This document shows, in pieces, positions 26,775 to 35,879 of a DNA stretch of 64,000 nucleotides. Numbering within the stretch: position 1 is the first letter of the stretch; each line of letters opens with the position of its first letter. The position numbers and the translations under genes are program-made. This DNA is from Patescibacteria group bacterium. GTDB taxonomy: Bacteria > Patescibacteriota > Microgenomatia > Levybacterales > UBA12049. The DNA is taken from NCBI GenBank assembly GCA_035457005.1, contig DATICB010000011.1, positions 4,098 to 68,097 on the forward strand. Direction: 5' to 3'. The notes beneath the pieces are model-generated. The model was not told the DNA's origin and did not search any database. It saw only the letters and a list, made by a program, of their open reading frames with translations.

Positions 26775-29700
26775 GTGGGAAACGAATTTATCAAAAATTT
26801 ATTAACAGTTATTTCTTCTTTTTCGATTCTCATCCAGTCGTTGTCTCCAATCGTGGCAATTGTCCCAACTATAGCACCTGCTACAGCATATGCCCAAACA
26901 GTCACGCCAACAGATACTGTTACTCCAACCCCAACTGATACGGTTACACCAACAGATACGATAGCACCAACACCAGATACTGCAACGCCTACACCAGACA
27001 ATACAACCCCAACTGATACGGTTACACCAACAGATACGATAGCACCAACACCATCCGATACGCCAACCGATGCAGTAACACCAACAGACAATCCAACTAC
27101 ATCACCAAGCAATACTACTAATAACCCATCTCAAGCACCACCGGCAACAGATACTCCAACAGTAACCCCATCTGTTACCCCAGATAATACAACAACATCA
27201 GTAAATGGAACTCTTTCAACAACAATCTTGGACAATGTAGCAGCACCAAGCCTTGATTTGTCAACAGCCCCAACATCCAGCGCAACATTAACAACCAATA
27301 AAGCAGATTATGCACCAACAGACACAGCAGTTATTTCTGGAAATAGTTTTGCAGCAAATACAACCTATGTACTTACTATTAGTAGTACAGATAATCCAAC
27401 AACCAGTACAACAGTAAATATTACTACAGATGCAAATGGTTCATTTACCTATGCGTATCAATTGGATGGCAACTACAGACCAAATTATTCTGTTGTATTA
27501 AAACTTAGTGGTACAACAGTTGCCACAACAACATTTACAGATAGTCCTGCAGTAACAACAACGCAAAACAACGTTGCATGTATGGCAGATCAACCAGGCC
27601 AGAGTGGACTTAACTGTACAGCAAATGATATTTCAGTTGCATCTGTATCTTCTATTACTATTAATGGTCATGGATGTAGATTTCCAGGAGACACAGTTAG
27701 CTTTACTGCGAATTGGAGCATTCAATCGACAGCAAATAATAGATATAACGTAGGACTTTGGTTTAACACAACAGGTGGAACCAGTGCTTTGCATGGAACC
27801 TGTTCTGCAACTTCAATTCCAAGTAGTCCAGCTCCGTTCTTTGATAGTGGTGCTGGAAGTGTCTGCGGAGGCTTAGACAAAAATCCTGGGGCAGGAACAC
27901 TTTCAATAACTCAAACAGCAACATGCAACCCAGATAGCAGTGGATTCTTAAAGCTCCCTTACTGTGCTTCATGGCAACAAAACAGCGGAGCATGTAGCGT
28001 GCCAACAGATACTGTTCCAGGATCTCCTTCAAAGTGTAAGTGTCAGGATGGGTTCACCATTCCAATTACTGTCCCACCCTCAGTCGAAGTTGTTAAATCA
28101 CTTTCTCCAGCAAACGACAGTGGCTTATTTAATCTTCAAGTCAATGCATCATCAAGTGCAACAAATGTTGGTAATGGCGGTACAACTGGAAAAGTAGGTA
28201 TAACAACAGGCGCTGGTAATACTTTTGGGGAAACAGCAGGAACTGCTACATCTCTAAGTAACTACACATCAACAGCTTCCTGTGTATTAAGAGGAACAGC
28301 AACGCCAGTTGCAATAACAGGAACTGGTCCTACGTGGAACATTACAAATGTTACTAATGGTCAAGATATTGTCTGTACAATTACTAATACAAGAAGCACT
28401 GGGACAATTGAGCTAAAGAAGGTCTGGTCTGGAACTGGTGGTCAAACAACTCTTAATATTGGTACATCAGCAGGGGGCACACAAGTGGCATCTGTTCAAA
28501 CGGGCGCGAATGGAGCAACTCCCCTTACTACTGGAACAAAAACAGTTAACGCTGGCACTTACTTTCTCTCAGAAACAGGCGGACTTTCTAATTATACAGC
28601 TGCTCTTGCCTGTACAGATAATGGTAATCCAGCAACGGTAACAAATAGTTCGGTTTCTGTTACAGCAGGACATACAGTTATTTGTACGTTTACCAACACG
28701 CTTCAACAAGCCCATCTTACCTTGGTAAAAACACTCACAAAGGATAACGGCGGAAATGCAGCAATTACAGACTGGACCTTAACCGCAACAGGCAATACCA
28801 ATATTTCTGGAACATCAGGAAATGCCGCAGTGACTAACGCAGGAGTACTTCCGGGCACTTATGCTCTTGGAGAATCTGGCGGCCCAAGTGGATACACAGC
28901 AGGAACATACAGTTGTGTAAAAAATAACGGAGCACCAGTAAGCAGCAATTCTATTACCCTTGCGAATGGAGACAGTGCAACTTGTACGGTTAACAACAAT
29001 GACAATCCACCATCTCTTACACTTGTCAAACAAGTTAGTAATACACATGGCGGCACAGCTCAAACAACAGACTGGACACTTACTGCAACAGGCCCAACAA
29101 CATTATCCGGTGCAGGTGGAGCAACAAGTGGCGCAACCTTTAAAGCAGGGACATATACCCTTTCTGAATCAACAGGTTCTTCGGGGTATACAGCAGGAGG
29201 TTGGAATTGCACGAATAATGTTTCTGTATCAAACAGTCAGATAACGCTTGGTCTTGGACAAACAACAACCTGTACAATTATTAATTCCGACGTTGCTCCA
29301 ACACTGAAGTTGGTTAAACACGTAACCAATGACAATGGAGGTACGAAGGCGCCACATGATTGGACACTTGTCGCAACAGGAAGTGGTGGTTTTAGTGATA
29401 CAGGTGATTCAACAACATTTCATGCAGTAACAGCAGGAGTCTCTTACTCACTCTCTGAATCTGCTATTTCGGGGTATACAGCAGGAAACTGGTCATGCGA
29501 TGGCGGCAATCAAAGCACAAATACTATTACACTTGGTGTTGGGCAAAATGTTACCTGTTCGGTTACTAATGACGACCAAGCACCATCGTTAACATTAGTC
29601 AAACATGTTAGTGGTGGAACAGCGCTGGCAACTGCATGGACACTTACGGCAACAGGAAGCAGTCAGTCTCCAACAAATCTTTCGGGAACAACACCAGTCG

Positions 29701-32672
29701 CAAGTGGCAATACCTTTAAAGCAGATACCTATACACTTGGAGAAAGTGGCCCATCAGGATATACAGCGTCACTGTATAGCTGTTCCAAAAATAATGAAGC
29801 ACCAGTAAGCGGAAACTCTATTACTTTAGCAAACGGCGATAGCGCAACGTGTACTGTAACCAATACGCGCGATCAGGGATCCATTGAATTGAAAAAAGCG
29901 TGGTCTGGAACAGCAGGACAAACAACACTGCAAATAGGAACGTCTGCTGGTGGCACACAGGTTACTCATGTTCAAACAGGATCAAATGGGACAACACCAC
30001 TCACAACAGGGGCGCAAACAGTTGATACTGGCACGTATTATGTAAGTGAGACAGGTGGACTTACCGATTATGCTGGGGTTTTAACTTGTACAGATAACAA
30101 TAGTTCGGTAACACCAGGACAGGATAGTTCGGTAACTGTTGGCAAAGGCGATGTTGTTATATGTACCTACACAAATACACGAAATACAGGCACAATTCAG
30201 GTTAAAAAACTTGTTGACCCGATCGATAACTCTTCATGGGATTTCTCAGTATCCGGACCAACAAATAACAATGCAGGTCCTCTGGCGAGTGGCTTATCGT
30301 CCAATCAATTTATATCCGATACAGGATCATACACGGTAAGTGAATCTGCGCATACAGGGACAAATGGTAGCAATTACACCAGCACCTATTCCTGTAGCGA
30401 TGGGACAACAACTGTTGCTAGTGGATCTGGAACAACAACGTCCTCGTTTAGTCTGACAACAGGAGAAAATGTCTTATGTACATTTACCAACAGTATTAAA
30501 AAAGGCACGATTATTGTTAAAAAAACCATGGTTGGCGGAACAGGATCGTTTGATTTCACTGGAGATGTTGCCGGAACAATAAGTACAGATGGTGGAATAC
30601 TAACAACAAGTAATGTTCTTCCTGGAACATACACATCGGTTGAAGGAGCAGCAACCGGCTGGGATTTAACAAATATAAGCTGTGATGATCCTCGAAGCGC
30701 GACAACAAGCACAGAGGATGTTTCTGCTGCAACTGCAACGTTTAAAGTAGACCCAGGCGAAACAGTTACTTGTACTTTCACAAATACGAAAAAAGGTCAT
30801 CTGATTGTTCAAAAAACAACCAATCCATCCCAAGACCCAACTTCCTTTAGTATCCTAGCAACCGGATCAGGAACAATAACAAATGGAGGTAATGGAACAA
30901 TAACTGACGCAACAGACCAAAATTATGAAGTAACACCTGGCACATACACAGTAACTGAAACAGTCCCAGCAGGTTGGCAGCAAGATGCAAATGCATGTAC
31001 CAATGTAGCTGTTGGAGCAGGAGAAACAGTCTACTGCGGCATAACCAATACCAAATTAGGCAATGTAACCGTTATCAAATTCTTAGATGACAATGCAGAT
31101 GGATTTAAAGCAACAGCAGAAGCAACATTGAATGACTGGGAAATTCACTTAGGTCAAATGTCCCAATTTACTGGTCATGGAGGAAATCCAGTAGATGGTC
31201 AGGTAACTTTTAGCGACATCTATCCGGGACAATATGATTTGAGCGAACAACTCCAGAGTGGTTATGATCAATCTAATATTTACTGTGCTAATGAAACAGG
31301 TATTGATAATAATAATTCTCATGCAGTTACTCTTGGCGCAGGGCAGAATATCACTTGTTACATTGGTAACTATCAGAAAGCGCACATTACGGTTGTCAAA
31401 CAGGTTGTCGATCCAAATGGTGACCCAATCACTGACCCATCAACCAACTTTAATTTCAGCGTTACAGGACAAAACCCATTTACCCTTACTGATGACGAAC
31501 AGAAATCCTTTGATGTAAAACCAGGAAGTTATGATGTTACCGAAACACAAAATAATAACTATGATCTTGGCGGATGTAGTGCAGTCTATGACAATCGATC
31601 TGTTGGCGCACCAATTAGTCAACAAAACACACAAGGAGAAAATGTCACGTTAGGTAGCAGTGATACCGTTACAGTAACCTGCGTAAACAAACAAAAGCAA
31701 GGACATGTTACTGGATATAAATGGAGTGATGGAAATGGCAATGCAAATTTTGACTGTGACCAAGAAACAGAATCTTGCGAACCAAAGCTTTCTGGTTGGA
31801 CAATATTTGCAGACACCAACGATAACCAAACGCTTGATCAAGGAGAGGTCTCTACAACAACAGATAATAACGGTAATTACACACTTGATCTCAATCCTGG
31901 GACATATCAAATTTGTGAAGTTGTCCAATCTGGATGGAAGCAGACATATCCCGTCAACCAAACACAATCAATCTGTTGGCCAGTTACCATAATATCTAAT
32001 GGAACGTTAGAGGGTAATAGAAACTTTGGTAACCAATTACAAATACCAGTACTTTCTATTACCAAAACAAATGACAAATTGGGAGCAGACCAGCACATCG
32101 GTGATAGTGTCCTCTACACCATCACACTTTCTGCAACACAGGCTGCAGCAGCAAATGTTGTCCTGACTGATTTACTGCCAAAAGGATTTGATTACAGAAA
32201 TGGCTCAGCAACAATAGATACAGGATCCGGAGCTGTACCATTTAGCAACTTTAGCGATGATTACCACTCACCAGGTATCTGGAATATCGGCAATATTGCA
32301 AAAGATCAGACAGTAACCCTCACACTTATTGCAGACATCAACGGCACTGTTAGTCCAGGAGATTACAAAGATGTTGCTTGGGCAAAGGGTACACCGGTAA
32401 GCGACAGTTCTCATACAGTCTATGCAACAGCGCTAAATCCAGGATTCATAGATACCAATTTTGCTGGAACAGATGTCAATGTTGTTGCAGATACACAGTC
32501 ATCAACAACACTTTCACCACAACAGGCAGTGTTAGGCGCATCTACATCCATCTTGCCCGAAACAGGTGCCAATATTCTTTGGGCAGAAACAGGAGTTTTA
32601 CTAGTGCTTATTGGCCTTGGTTTCACGGGGTATGGTATACTCTCTCGAAAGAAATATGGAAAAAATAAGTAA
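26775..32672 (+). CDS. Giant LPETG-anchored surface adhesin-like protein (1965 aa): TP-rich linker, about 10 tandem ~100-aa beta-rich repeats, SdrD-B/Cna-B-like and DUF11-like domains
   Basis: Signal peptide; repeated TLTATG...SGYTAG.WSC...TC..TN units; SGWTIFADTNDNQTLDQGE...NGNYTLDLNPGTYQICE (Cna-B-like); C-terminal LPETGAN plus TM plus RKKYGKNK. Confidence 0.85.
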   Translation: MGNEFIKNLLTVISSFSILIQSLSPIVAIVPTIAPATAYAQTVTPTDTVTPTPTDTVTPTDTIAPTPDTATPTPDNTTPTDTVTPTDTIAPTPSDTPTDAVTPTDNPTTSPSNTTNNPSQAPPATDTPTVTPSVTPDNTTTSVNGTLSTTILDNVAAPSLDLSTAPTSSATLTTNKADYAPTDTAVISGNSFAANTTYVLTISSTDNPTTSTTVNITTDANGSFTYAYQLDGNYRPNYSVVLKLSGTTVATTTFTDSPAVTTTQNNVACMADQPGQSGLNCTANDISVASVSSITINGHGCRFPGDTVSFTANWSIQSTANNRYNVGLWFNTTGGTSALHGTCSATSIPSSPAPFFDSGAGSVCGGLDKNPGAGTLSITQTATCNPDSSGFLKLPYCASWQQNSGACSVPTDTVPGSPSKCKCQDGFTIPITVPPSVEVVKSLSPANDSGLFNLQVNASSSATNVGNGGTTGKVGITTGAGNTFGETAGTATSLSNYTSTASCVLRGTATPVAITGTGPTWNITNVTNGQDIVCTITNTRSTGTIELKKVWSGTGGQTTLNIGTSAGGTQVASVQTGANGATPLTTGTKTVNAGTYFLSETGGLSNYTAALACTDNGNPATVTNSSVSVTAGHTVICTFTNTLQQAHLTLVKTLTKDNGGNAAITDWTLTATGNTNISGTSGNAAVTNAGVLPGTYALGESGGPSGYTAGTYSCVKNNGAPVSSNSITLANGDSATCTVNNNDNPPSLTLVKQVSNTHGGTAQTTDWTLTATGPTTLSGAGGATSGATFKAGTYTLSESTGSSGYTAGGWNCTNNVSVSNSQITLGLGQTTTCTIINSDVAPTLKLVKHVTNDNGGTKAPHDWTLVATGSGGFSDTGDSTTFHAVTAGVSYSLSESAISGYTAGNWSCDGGNQSTNTITLGVGQNVTCSVTNDDQAPSLTLVKHVSGGTALATAWTLTATGSSQSPTNLSGTTPVASGNTFKADTYTLGESGPSGYTASLYSCSKNNEAPVSGNSITLANGDSATCTVTNTRDQGSIELKKAWSGTAGQTTLQIGTSAGGTQVTHVQTGSNGTTPLTTGAQTVDTGTYYVSETGGLTDYAGVLTCTDNNSSVTPGQDSSVTVGKGDVVICTYTNTRNTGTIQVKKLVDPIDNSSWDFSVSGPTNNNAGPLASGLSSNQFISDTGSYTVSESAHTGTNGSNYTSTYSCSDGTTTVASGSGTTTSSFSLTTGENVLCTFTNSIKKGTIIVKKTMVGGTGSFDFTGDVAGTISTDGGILTTSNVLPGTYTSVEGAATGWDLTNISCDDPRSATTSTEDVSAATATFKVDPGETVTCTFTNTKKGHLIVQKTTNPSQDPTSFSILATGSGTITNGGNGTITDATDQNYEVTPGTYTVTETVPAGWQQDANACTNVAVGAGETVYCGITNTKLGNVTVIKFLDDNADGFKATAEATLNDWEIHLGQMSQFTGHGGNPVDGQVTFSDIYPGQYDLSEQLQSGYDQSNIYCANETGIDNNNSHAVTLGAGQNITCYIGNYQKAHITVVKQVVDPNGDPITDPSTNFNFSVTGQNPFTLTDDEQKSFDVKPGSYDVTETQNNNYDLGGCSAVYDNRSVGAPISQQNTQGENVTLGSSDTVTVTCVNKQKQGHVTGYKWSDGNGNANFDCDQETESCEPKLSGWTIFADTNDNQTLDQGEVSTTTDNNGNYTLDLNPGTYQICEVVQSGWKQTYPVNQTQSICWPVTIISNGTLEGNRNFGNQLQIPVLSITKTNDKLGADQHIGDSVLYTITLSATQAAAANVVLTDLLPKGFDYRNGSATIDTGSGAVPFSNFSDDYHSPGIWNIGNIAKDQTVTLTLIADINGTVSPGDYKDVAWAKGTPVSDSSHTVYATALNPGFIDTNFAGTDVNVVADTQSSTTLSPQQAVLGASTSILPETGANILWAETGVLLVLIGLGFTGYGILSRKKYGKNK
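26892..27150. repeat. Imperfect tandem ACN/CCN codon repeats encoding the TP-rich linker; these generate a spurious antisense ORF at 26726-27112
   Basis: Read directly from the sequence. Confidence 0.7.
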
Positions 32673-33642
32673 ATTATTACTAACAGTAGTATCACTGATG
32701 CTTCTTTTTGCAGGGGTATCTTTTGCTGCATCAAGCTTGTCAGTACGGCTCGAGCAACCAAAATCACCAACGAATTTGAATGATTTTACTATTACTTTTG
32801 TTGCCCTGGACACACAAAATAATCCAGTAACAGTAACGTGTTACAAAAAAGGTCCCTCAGATGGAGGGTATGCACAATTTGACACAATAAAAAATCTTTC
32901 TAATGGCGGAGGATCAGACAATTGCCACGCGACATCATCCCTTGTTAATCAGGACGGAACATATGCATTTTACGTAACAGCAAGTAATGGATCAACAACC
33001 GTTACGAGTAGCATAGTCACTATTGATGTGAATACATCAGGTCCTGGTACACCAACGAATTACAGCAAAACCCAATCAGACAGTTGCCATTTTACCATTT
33101 CTTTCCGAACAGCAGATGACAGTGGCAAAACAAGCAAAGTCGAAATCTACCGATCTTCAACAACAACACTGACTGCAGATAATAATTCACGCATCACATC
33201 CATATCTGTTGGCTCCAACACCGACAGGACGTACTCTGACACTATTCCATCTTGCGGCACAACATATTTCTATGCACTCAGAGCTTTTGACAGCGCAGGG
33301 AATGCATCAGGACTTGTTGGAGATGGCGAGCTGACAGCAACCAGCACAACAACAACGAATACAACTTCCGGAACAACAGGTAATGCAGCAGGCGTTACTG
33401 GCACAGGTGGCGGTGCAATCCCTGTCACAACAAGTGACGTAACTCCAGGTGAAGGGAAGACAGCCAGTGGTACACCAGCACCAACAGAGCAACAAGTATT
33501 AGGAGCAACCAAGGCCCCTATACAATCCCCCTTATCATCGGTTGGGGACTTCTTCCATTCATATATCAACTGGCTACTCCTTATTGGTCTTGCTGTTGTT
33601 GTTGGCATTGCAATTTGGTATTTCCGACAGAAAAATAGCTAA
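32656..33642 (+). CDS. Secreted fibronectin-III/Ig-like surface protein with a C-terminal anchor; start at MEKISKLLL (overlaps the previous stop by 17 nt)
   Basis: Signal peptide; TYFYALRAFDSAGNAS FnIII-like motif; EQQVLGATK...TM...YFRQKNS tail. Confidence 0.6.
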   Translation: MEKISKLLLTVVSLMLLFAGVSFAASSLSVRLEQPKSPTNLNDFTITFVALDTQNNPVTVTCYKKGPSDGGYAQFDTIKNLSNGGGSDNCHATSSLVNQDGTYAFYVTASNGSTTVTSSIVTIDVNTSGPGTPTNYSKTQSDSCHFTISFRTADDSGKTSKVEIYRSSTTTLTADNNSRITSISVGSNTDRTYSDTIPSCGTTYFYALRAFDSAGNASGLVGDGELTATSTTTTNTTSGTTGNAAGVTGTGGGAIPVTTSDVTPGEGKTASGTPAPTEQQVLGATKAPIQSPLSSVGDFFHSYINWLLLIGLAVVVGIAIWYFRQKNS

Positions 33643-33650
33643 AGTACTTC

Positions 33651-34271
33651 ATGAGGCATTTCTCAACATATTTTCTTGTTATTGGGGCGTTGTGTATTTT
33701 TGCGGGCTTTTTGATTCTTGCATTTACGTACTATCAATTAATAGGAGACGAACTTTCATATTTTCTCTTTCATCCCAATTCACAAGCAAATGTTGTTTCC
33801 AAATTTAATCATCCGAGGCAACAAGACATTGTCCCTGCTGACGAACAATTCGGCATTGTTATTCCAAAAATTCGGGCGAATAACAAGGTGATTGCCAATG
33901 TTGACCCATTTGATGAAATGACTTACCAATGGGCACTCACTAAGGGCGTTGCTCACGCAAAAGGATCATCCCTTCCTTACGAAAAGGGAACTGTTTTTCT
34001 TTTTTCTCATTCTTCAGTAAATTTCTATGAAGCTGTCAAATATAACTCTATTTTTTATCTTTTGGATAAATTGAAAAAAGGAGACACAGTTTACCTTTTC
34101 TATAAAGGTACTAAATACACATATTTAGTGAGCGGGAAAACAATAGTCGCACCAACAAATGTGTCGTATTTATTTGAGAAAACAGGAAACAGGCTTATTC
34201 TTATGACATGCTGGCCTCCTGGAACTACTTTCAGGAGGCTGCTTGTTGAAGCAGTGTTGAAAAATAAGTAA
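33651..34271 (+). CDS. Sortase-family transpeptidase (paralog 3)
   Basis: GVAHAKGS His motif; RLILMTCWPPGTT Cys motif; about 60% identical to paralog 1. Confidence 0.7.
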   Translation: MRHFSTYFLVIGALCIFAGFLILAFTYYQLIGDELSYFLFHPNSQANVVSKFNHPRQQDIVPADEQFGIVIPKIRANNKVIANVDPFDEMTYQWALTKGVAHAKGSSLPYEKGTVFLFSHSSVNFYEAVKYNSIFYLLDKLKKGDTVYLFYKGTKYTYLVSGKTIVAPTNVSYLFEKTGNRLILMTCWPPGTTFRRLLVEAVLKNK

Positions 34272-34272
34272 T

Positions 34273-34291
34273 TTTTGCGCGCCCGGAGGGA
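34273..34291 (-). repeat. Degenerate partial copy (16 of 18 nt) of the 3' end of tRNA-Arg(TCT)
   Basis: gcgcgcccggagggattcc here versus gcgctcccggagggactcg at 34660-34678. Confidence 0.5.
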
Positions 34292-34307
34292 TTCCCTTCG
34301 GTTCATT

Positions 34308-34628
34308 TCATTCACTCAGGGTAAACTTCTCATCTCTCATGAGAGCTTCAACAAACTCAGTGCAAGTATTAATTCCAAGTATACCATCTATTAACATTTG
34401 TTTCTTTGCGTGACTCCAGCCTTTTAATTGTTGTTCTCTCTTTGCTGCTTGGTACTTATTAACGTACTTTTCTGCATACTTAAATCTAAGATCAGAAAAT
34501 TTTTTTGTGAACAAAGATTTTTTATTTTTGTGTTTTTTAAACCGTGGAATAATATCATCTGTTATCCCAACATAAAACATTTTCTGATCGCAAAGAAGAA
34601 TGTAAGTAAACCAAGCAGAACGACTCAT
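34308..34628 (-). CDS. GIY-YIG nuclease-family mini-protein
   Basis: WFTYILLCDQKMFYVGITDDIIPRFKKH GIY-YIG core. Confidence 0.7.
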   Translation of the reverse strand: MSRSAWFTYILLCDQKMFYVGITDDIIPRFKKHKNKKSLFTKKFSDLRFKYAEKYVNKYQAAKREQQLKGWSHAKKQMLIDGILGINTCTEFVEALMRDEKFTLSE

Positions 34629-34659
34629 TGTAATTGCTTGCACTGAGCTTGCCGAAGTG

Positions 34660-34733
34660 CGCTCCCGGAGGGACTCGAACCCCCGACCACATCGTTAGAA
34701 CCGATATGCTCTATCCAGCTGAGCTACGGGAGC
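34660..34733 (-). tRNA. tRNA-Arg (anticodon TCT)
   Basis: Acceptor gctcccg/cgggagc, anticodon loop guUCUaa, T-arm ggggg-ttcgagt-ccctc. Confidence 0.8.
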
Positions 34734-34737
34734 AATG

Positions 34738-34809
34738 AGCGGGTTATGGGATTCGAACCCACGACACTCTGCTTGGAAAGCAGATGCTCTACCACTGAGC
34801 TAAACCCGC
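34738..34809 (-). tRNA. tRNA-Gly (anticodon TCC)
   Basis: Acceptor gcgggtt/aacccgc, anticodon loop uuUCCaa, discriminator U. Confidence 0.85.
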
Positions 34810-34894
34810 ACTTCGTCGTTTCACTCCTCAGTGTAAACACGTTTGACGCTAAGTATAAGTGCTTGCTACTTCCTTGTCAAAACAAGCGAATGTG

Positions 34895-34968
34895 TCGGGG
34901 ACAGAAGACTCGAACTTCCGACCTCACGGTCCCAAACCGCGCGCTCTAGCCAACTGAGCTAGTCCCCG
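34895..34968 (-). tRNA. tRNA-Pro (anticodon TGG)
   Basis: Acceptor cggggac/gtccccg, anticodon loop uuUGGga, discriminator A. Confidence 0.85.
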
Positions 34969-35243
34969 TTCTGCAAGGCAGAACTTATCTCTTTACCATA
35001 TTCTGCCAAAATTTTTCTTAATTTATATCCAACTCCTGATTTCAGGAATTTTTCTCTTTTGTCTGTACAAGTTTTACAATACAGTTGTTCAAAATACACA
35101 ATCTTCCAAGGTCTATACGCCTTTGTAAATTTTGATAGGCCACTATTGTGCTCCTTTAGTCTAACCTGAACACTTTTTATTGTTTGTCCAACGTACGTCT
35201 TATTTTTCTTTGTTAAACTTTGCAGGATGTATACTTTGTACAC
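34959..35243 (-). CDS. GIY-YIG nuclease-family mini-protein (its stop overlaps the 5' end of tRNA-Pro by 10 nt)
   Basis: YKVYILQSLTKKNKTYVGQTIKSVQVRLKEHN GIY-YIG core. Confidence 0.7.
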   Translation of the reverse strand: MYKVYILQSLTKKNKTYVGQTIKSVQVRLKEHNSGLSKFTKAYRPWKIVYFEQLYCKTCTDKREKFLKSGVGYKLRKILAEYGKEISSALQNGD

Positions 35244-35298
35244 ATCTATAGTTTAGCAAATCTTCCTCCTGAGAAAATTCTCCTCTGGAGAAGTGCCG

Positions 35299-35317
35299 AA
35301 GGAGGGAATCGGTCACA
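35299..35317 (-). repeat. Partial direct copy of the tRNA-Leu 3' end (T-loop/acceptor, gtgccgaaggagggaatcg)
   Basis: Identical 18-19 nt at 35439-35457 inside the intact tRNA-Leu. Confidence 0.55.
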
Positions 35318-35435
35318 ACTCGCCTTTGGCGGTCGCGACCCCGCCTCCTTCATCTTGCCTTCGGCAGATTCAGTCCGGCTTTCGATTCCACTGCTCTCAG
35401 CACGAATATTTCTGTCCAACAGACAAAAATATTCC

Positions 35436-35521
35436 TGGTGCCGAAGGAGGGAATCGAACCCACACGACATTGCTGTCAAGGGCTCTTAAGGCCCCCGTGT
35501 ATACCATTTCACCACTTCGGC
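35436..35521 (-). tRNA. tRNA-Leu (anticodon TAA), class II with long variable arm, CCA encoded
   Basis: Acceptor gccgaag/cttcggc, anticodon loop cuUAAga, long variable arm, 3' ...ggcacca. Confidence 0.8.
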
Positions 35522-35675
35522 GTGTTGCTCGTCTCAATTGTAAACGTTCTTCAGGCGTTGATTCCTGATCATCCTCTATTTTACCTGAAATGAGCACATC
35601 CTTCAATAAGAAGCTCTAGTTGAACAGAACGCAACCATTTGCAAATTTTCTTATTTTGTGCTATAAGATATATGT

Positions 35676-35879
35676 ATGACACGAAGAAATCGAAAAAGTG
35701 AAAGATTGCCGATTATCTCGCAAGAGACAGCGCACACAGTGGCGAAATTTGCATTAAATGTTGTTGAAGCAAGAATTGCACAAGTCGTGTTGAGAAGACT
35801 AGCAACTGCACGGCCCTCTGGTAGACAACATGGCCTTCCAGACCAGATTATTGTTGGTCCCCAACCAGAACATTCCTAA
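35676..35879 (+). CDS. Small basic hypothetical protein
   Basis: 67-aa GC-rich ORF. Confidence 0.25.
   Translation: MTRRNRKSERLPIISQETAHTVAKFALNVVEARIAQVVLRRLATARPSGRQHGLPDQIIVGPQPEHS

Noticed and set aside
26726-27112. 128-aa minus-strand ORF (GV-rich)
   Set aside because: Antisense shadow of the TP-rich linker of the giant surface-protein gene.
26880-27130. Possible CRISPR-like repeat array
   Set aside because: The repeats are imperfect 6-9-nt codon-level tandem repeats inside a coding region. There are no regular repeat-spacer units, and no cas genes were seen in the window.
27763-32098. Numerous 60-130-aa ORFs on both strands inside the giant surface-protein gene
   Set aside because: Nested inside a 5.9-kb CDS that has strong repeat-domain homology; they are frame shadows.
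35246-35606. Minus-strand ORFs of 77 and 69 aa, and the plus-strand ORFs at 35220-35568
   Set aside because: They overlap tRNA-Leu and its partial repeat. They are GC-driven ORFs across tRNA sequence, not credible genes.
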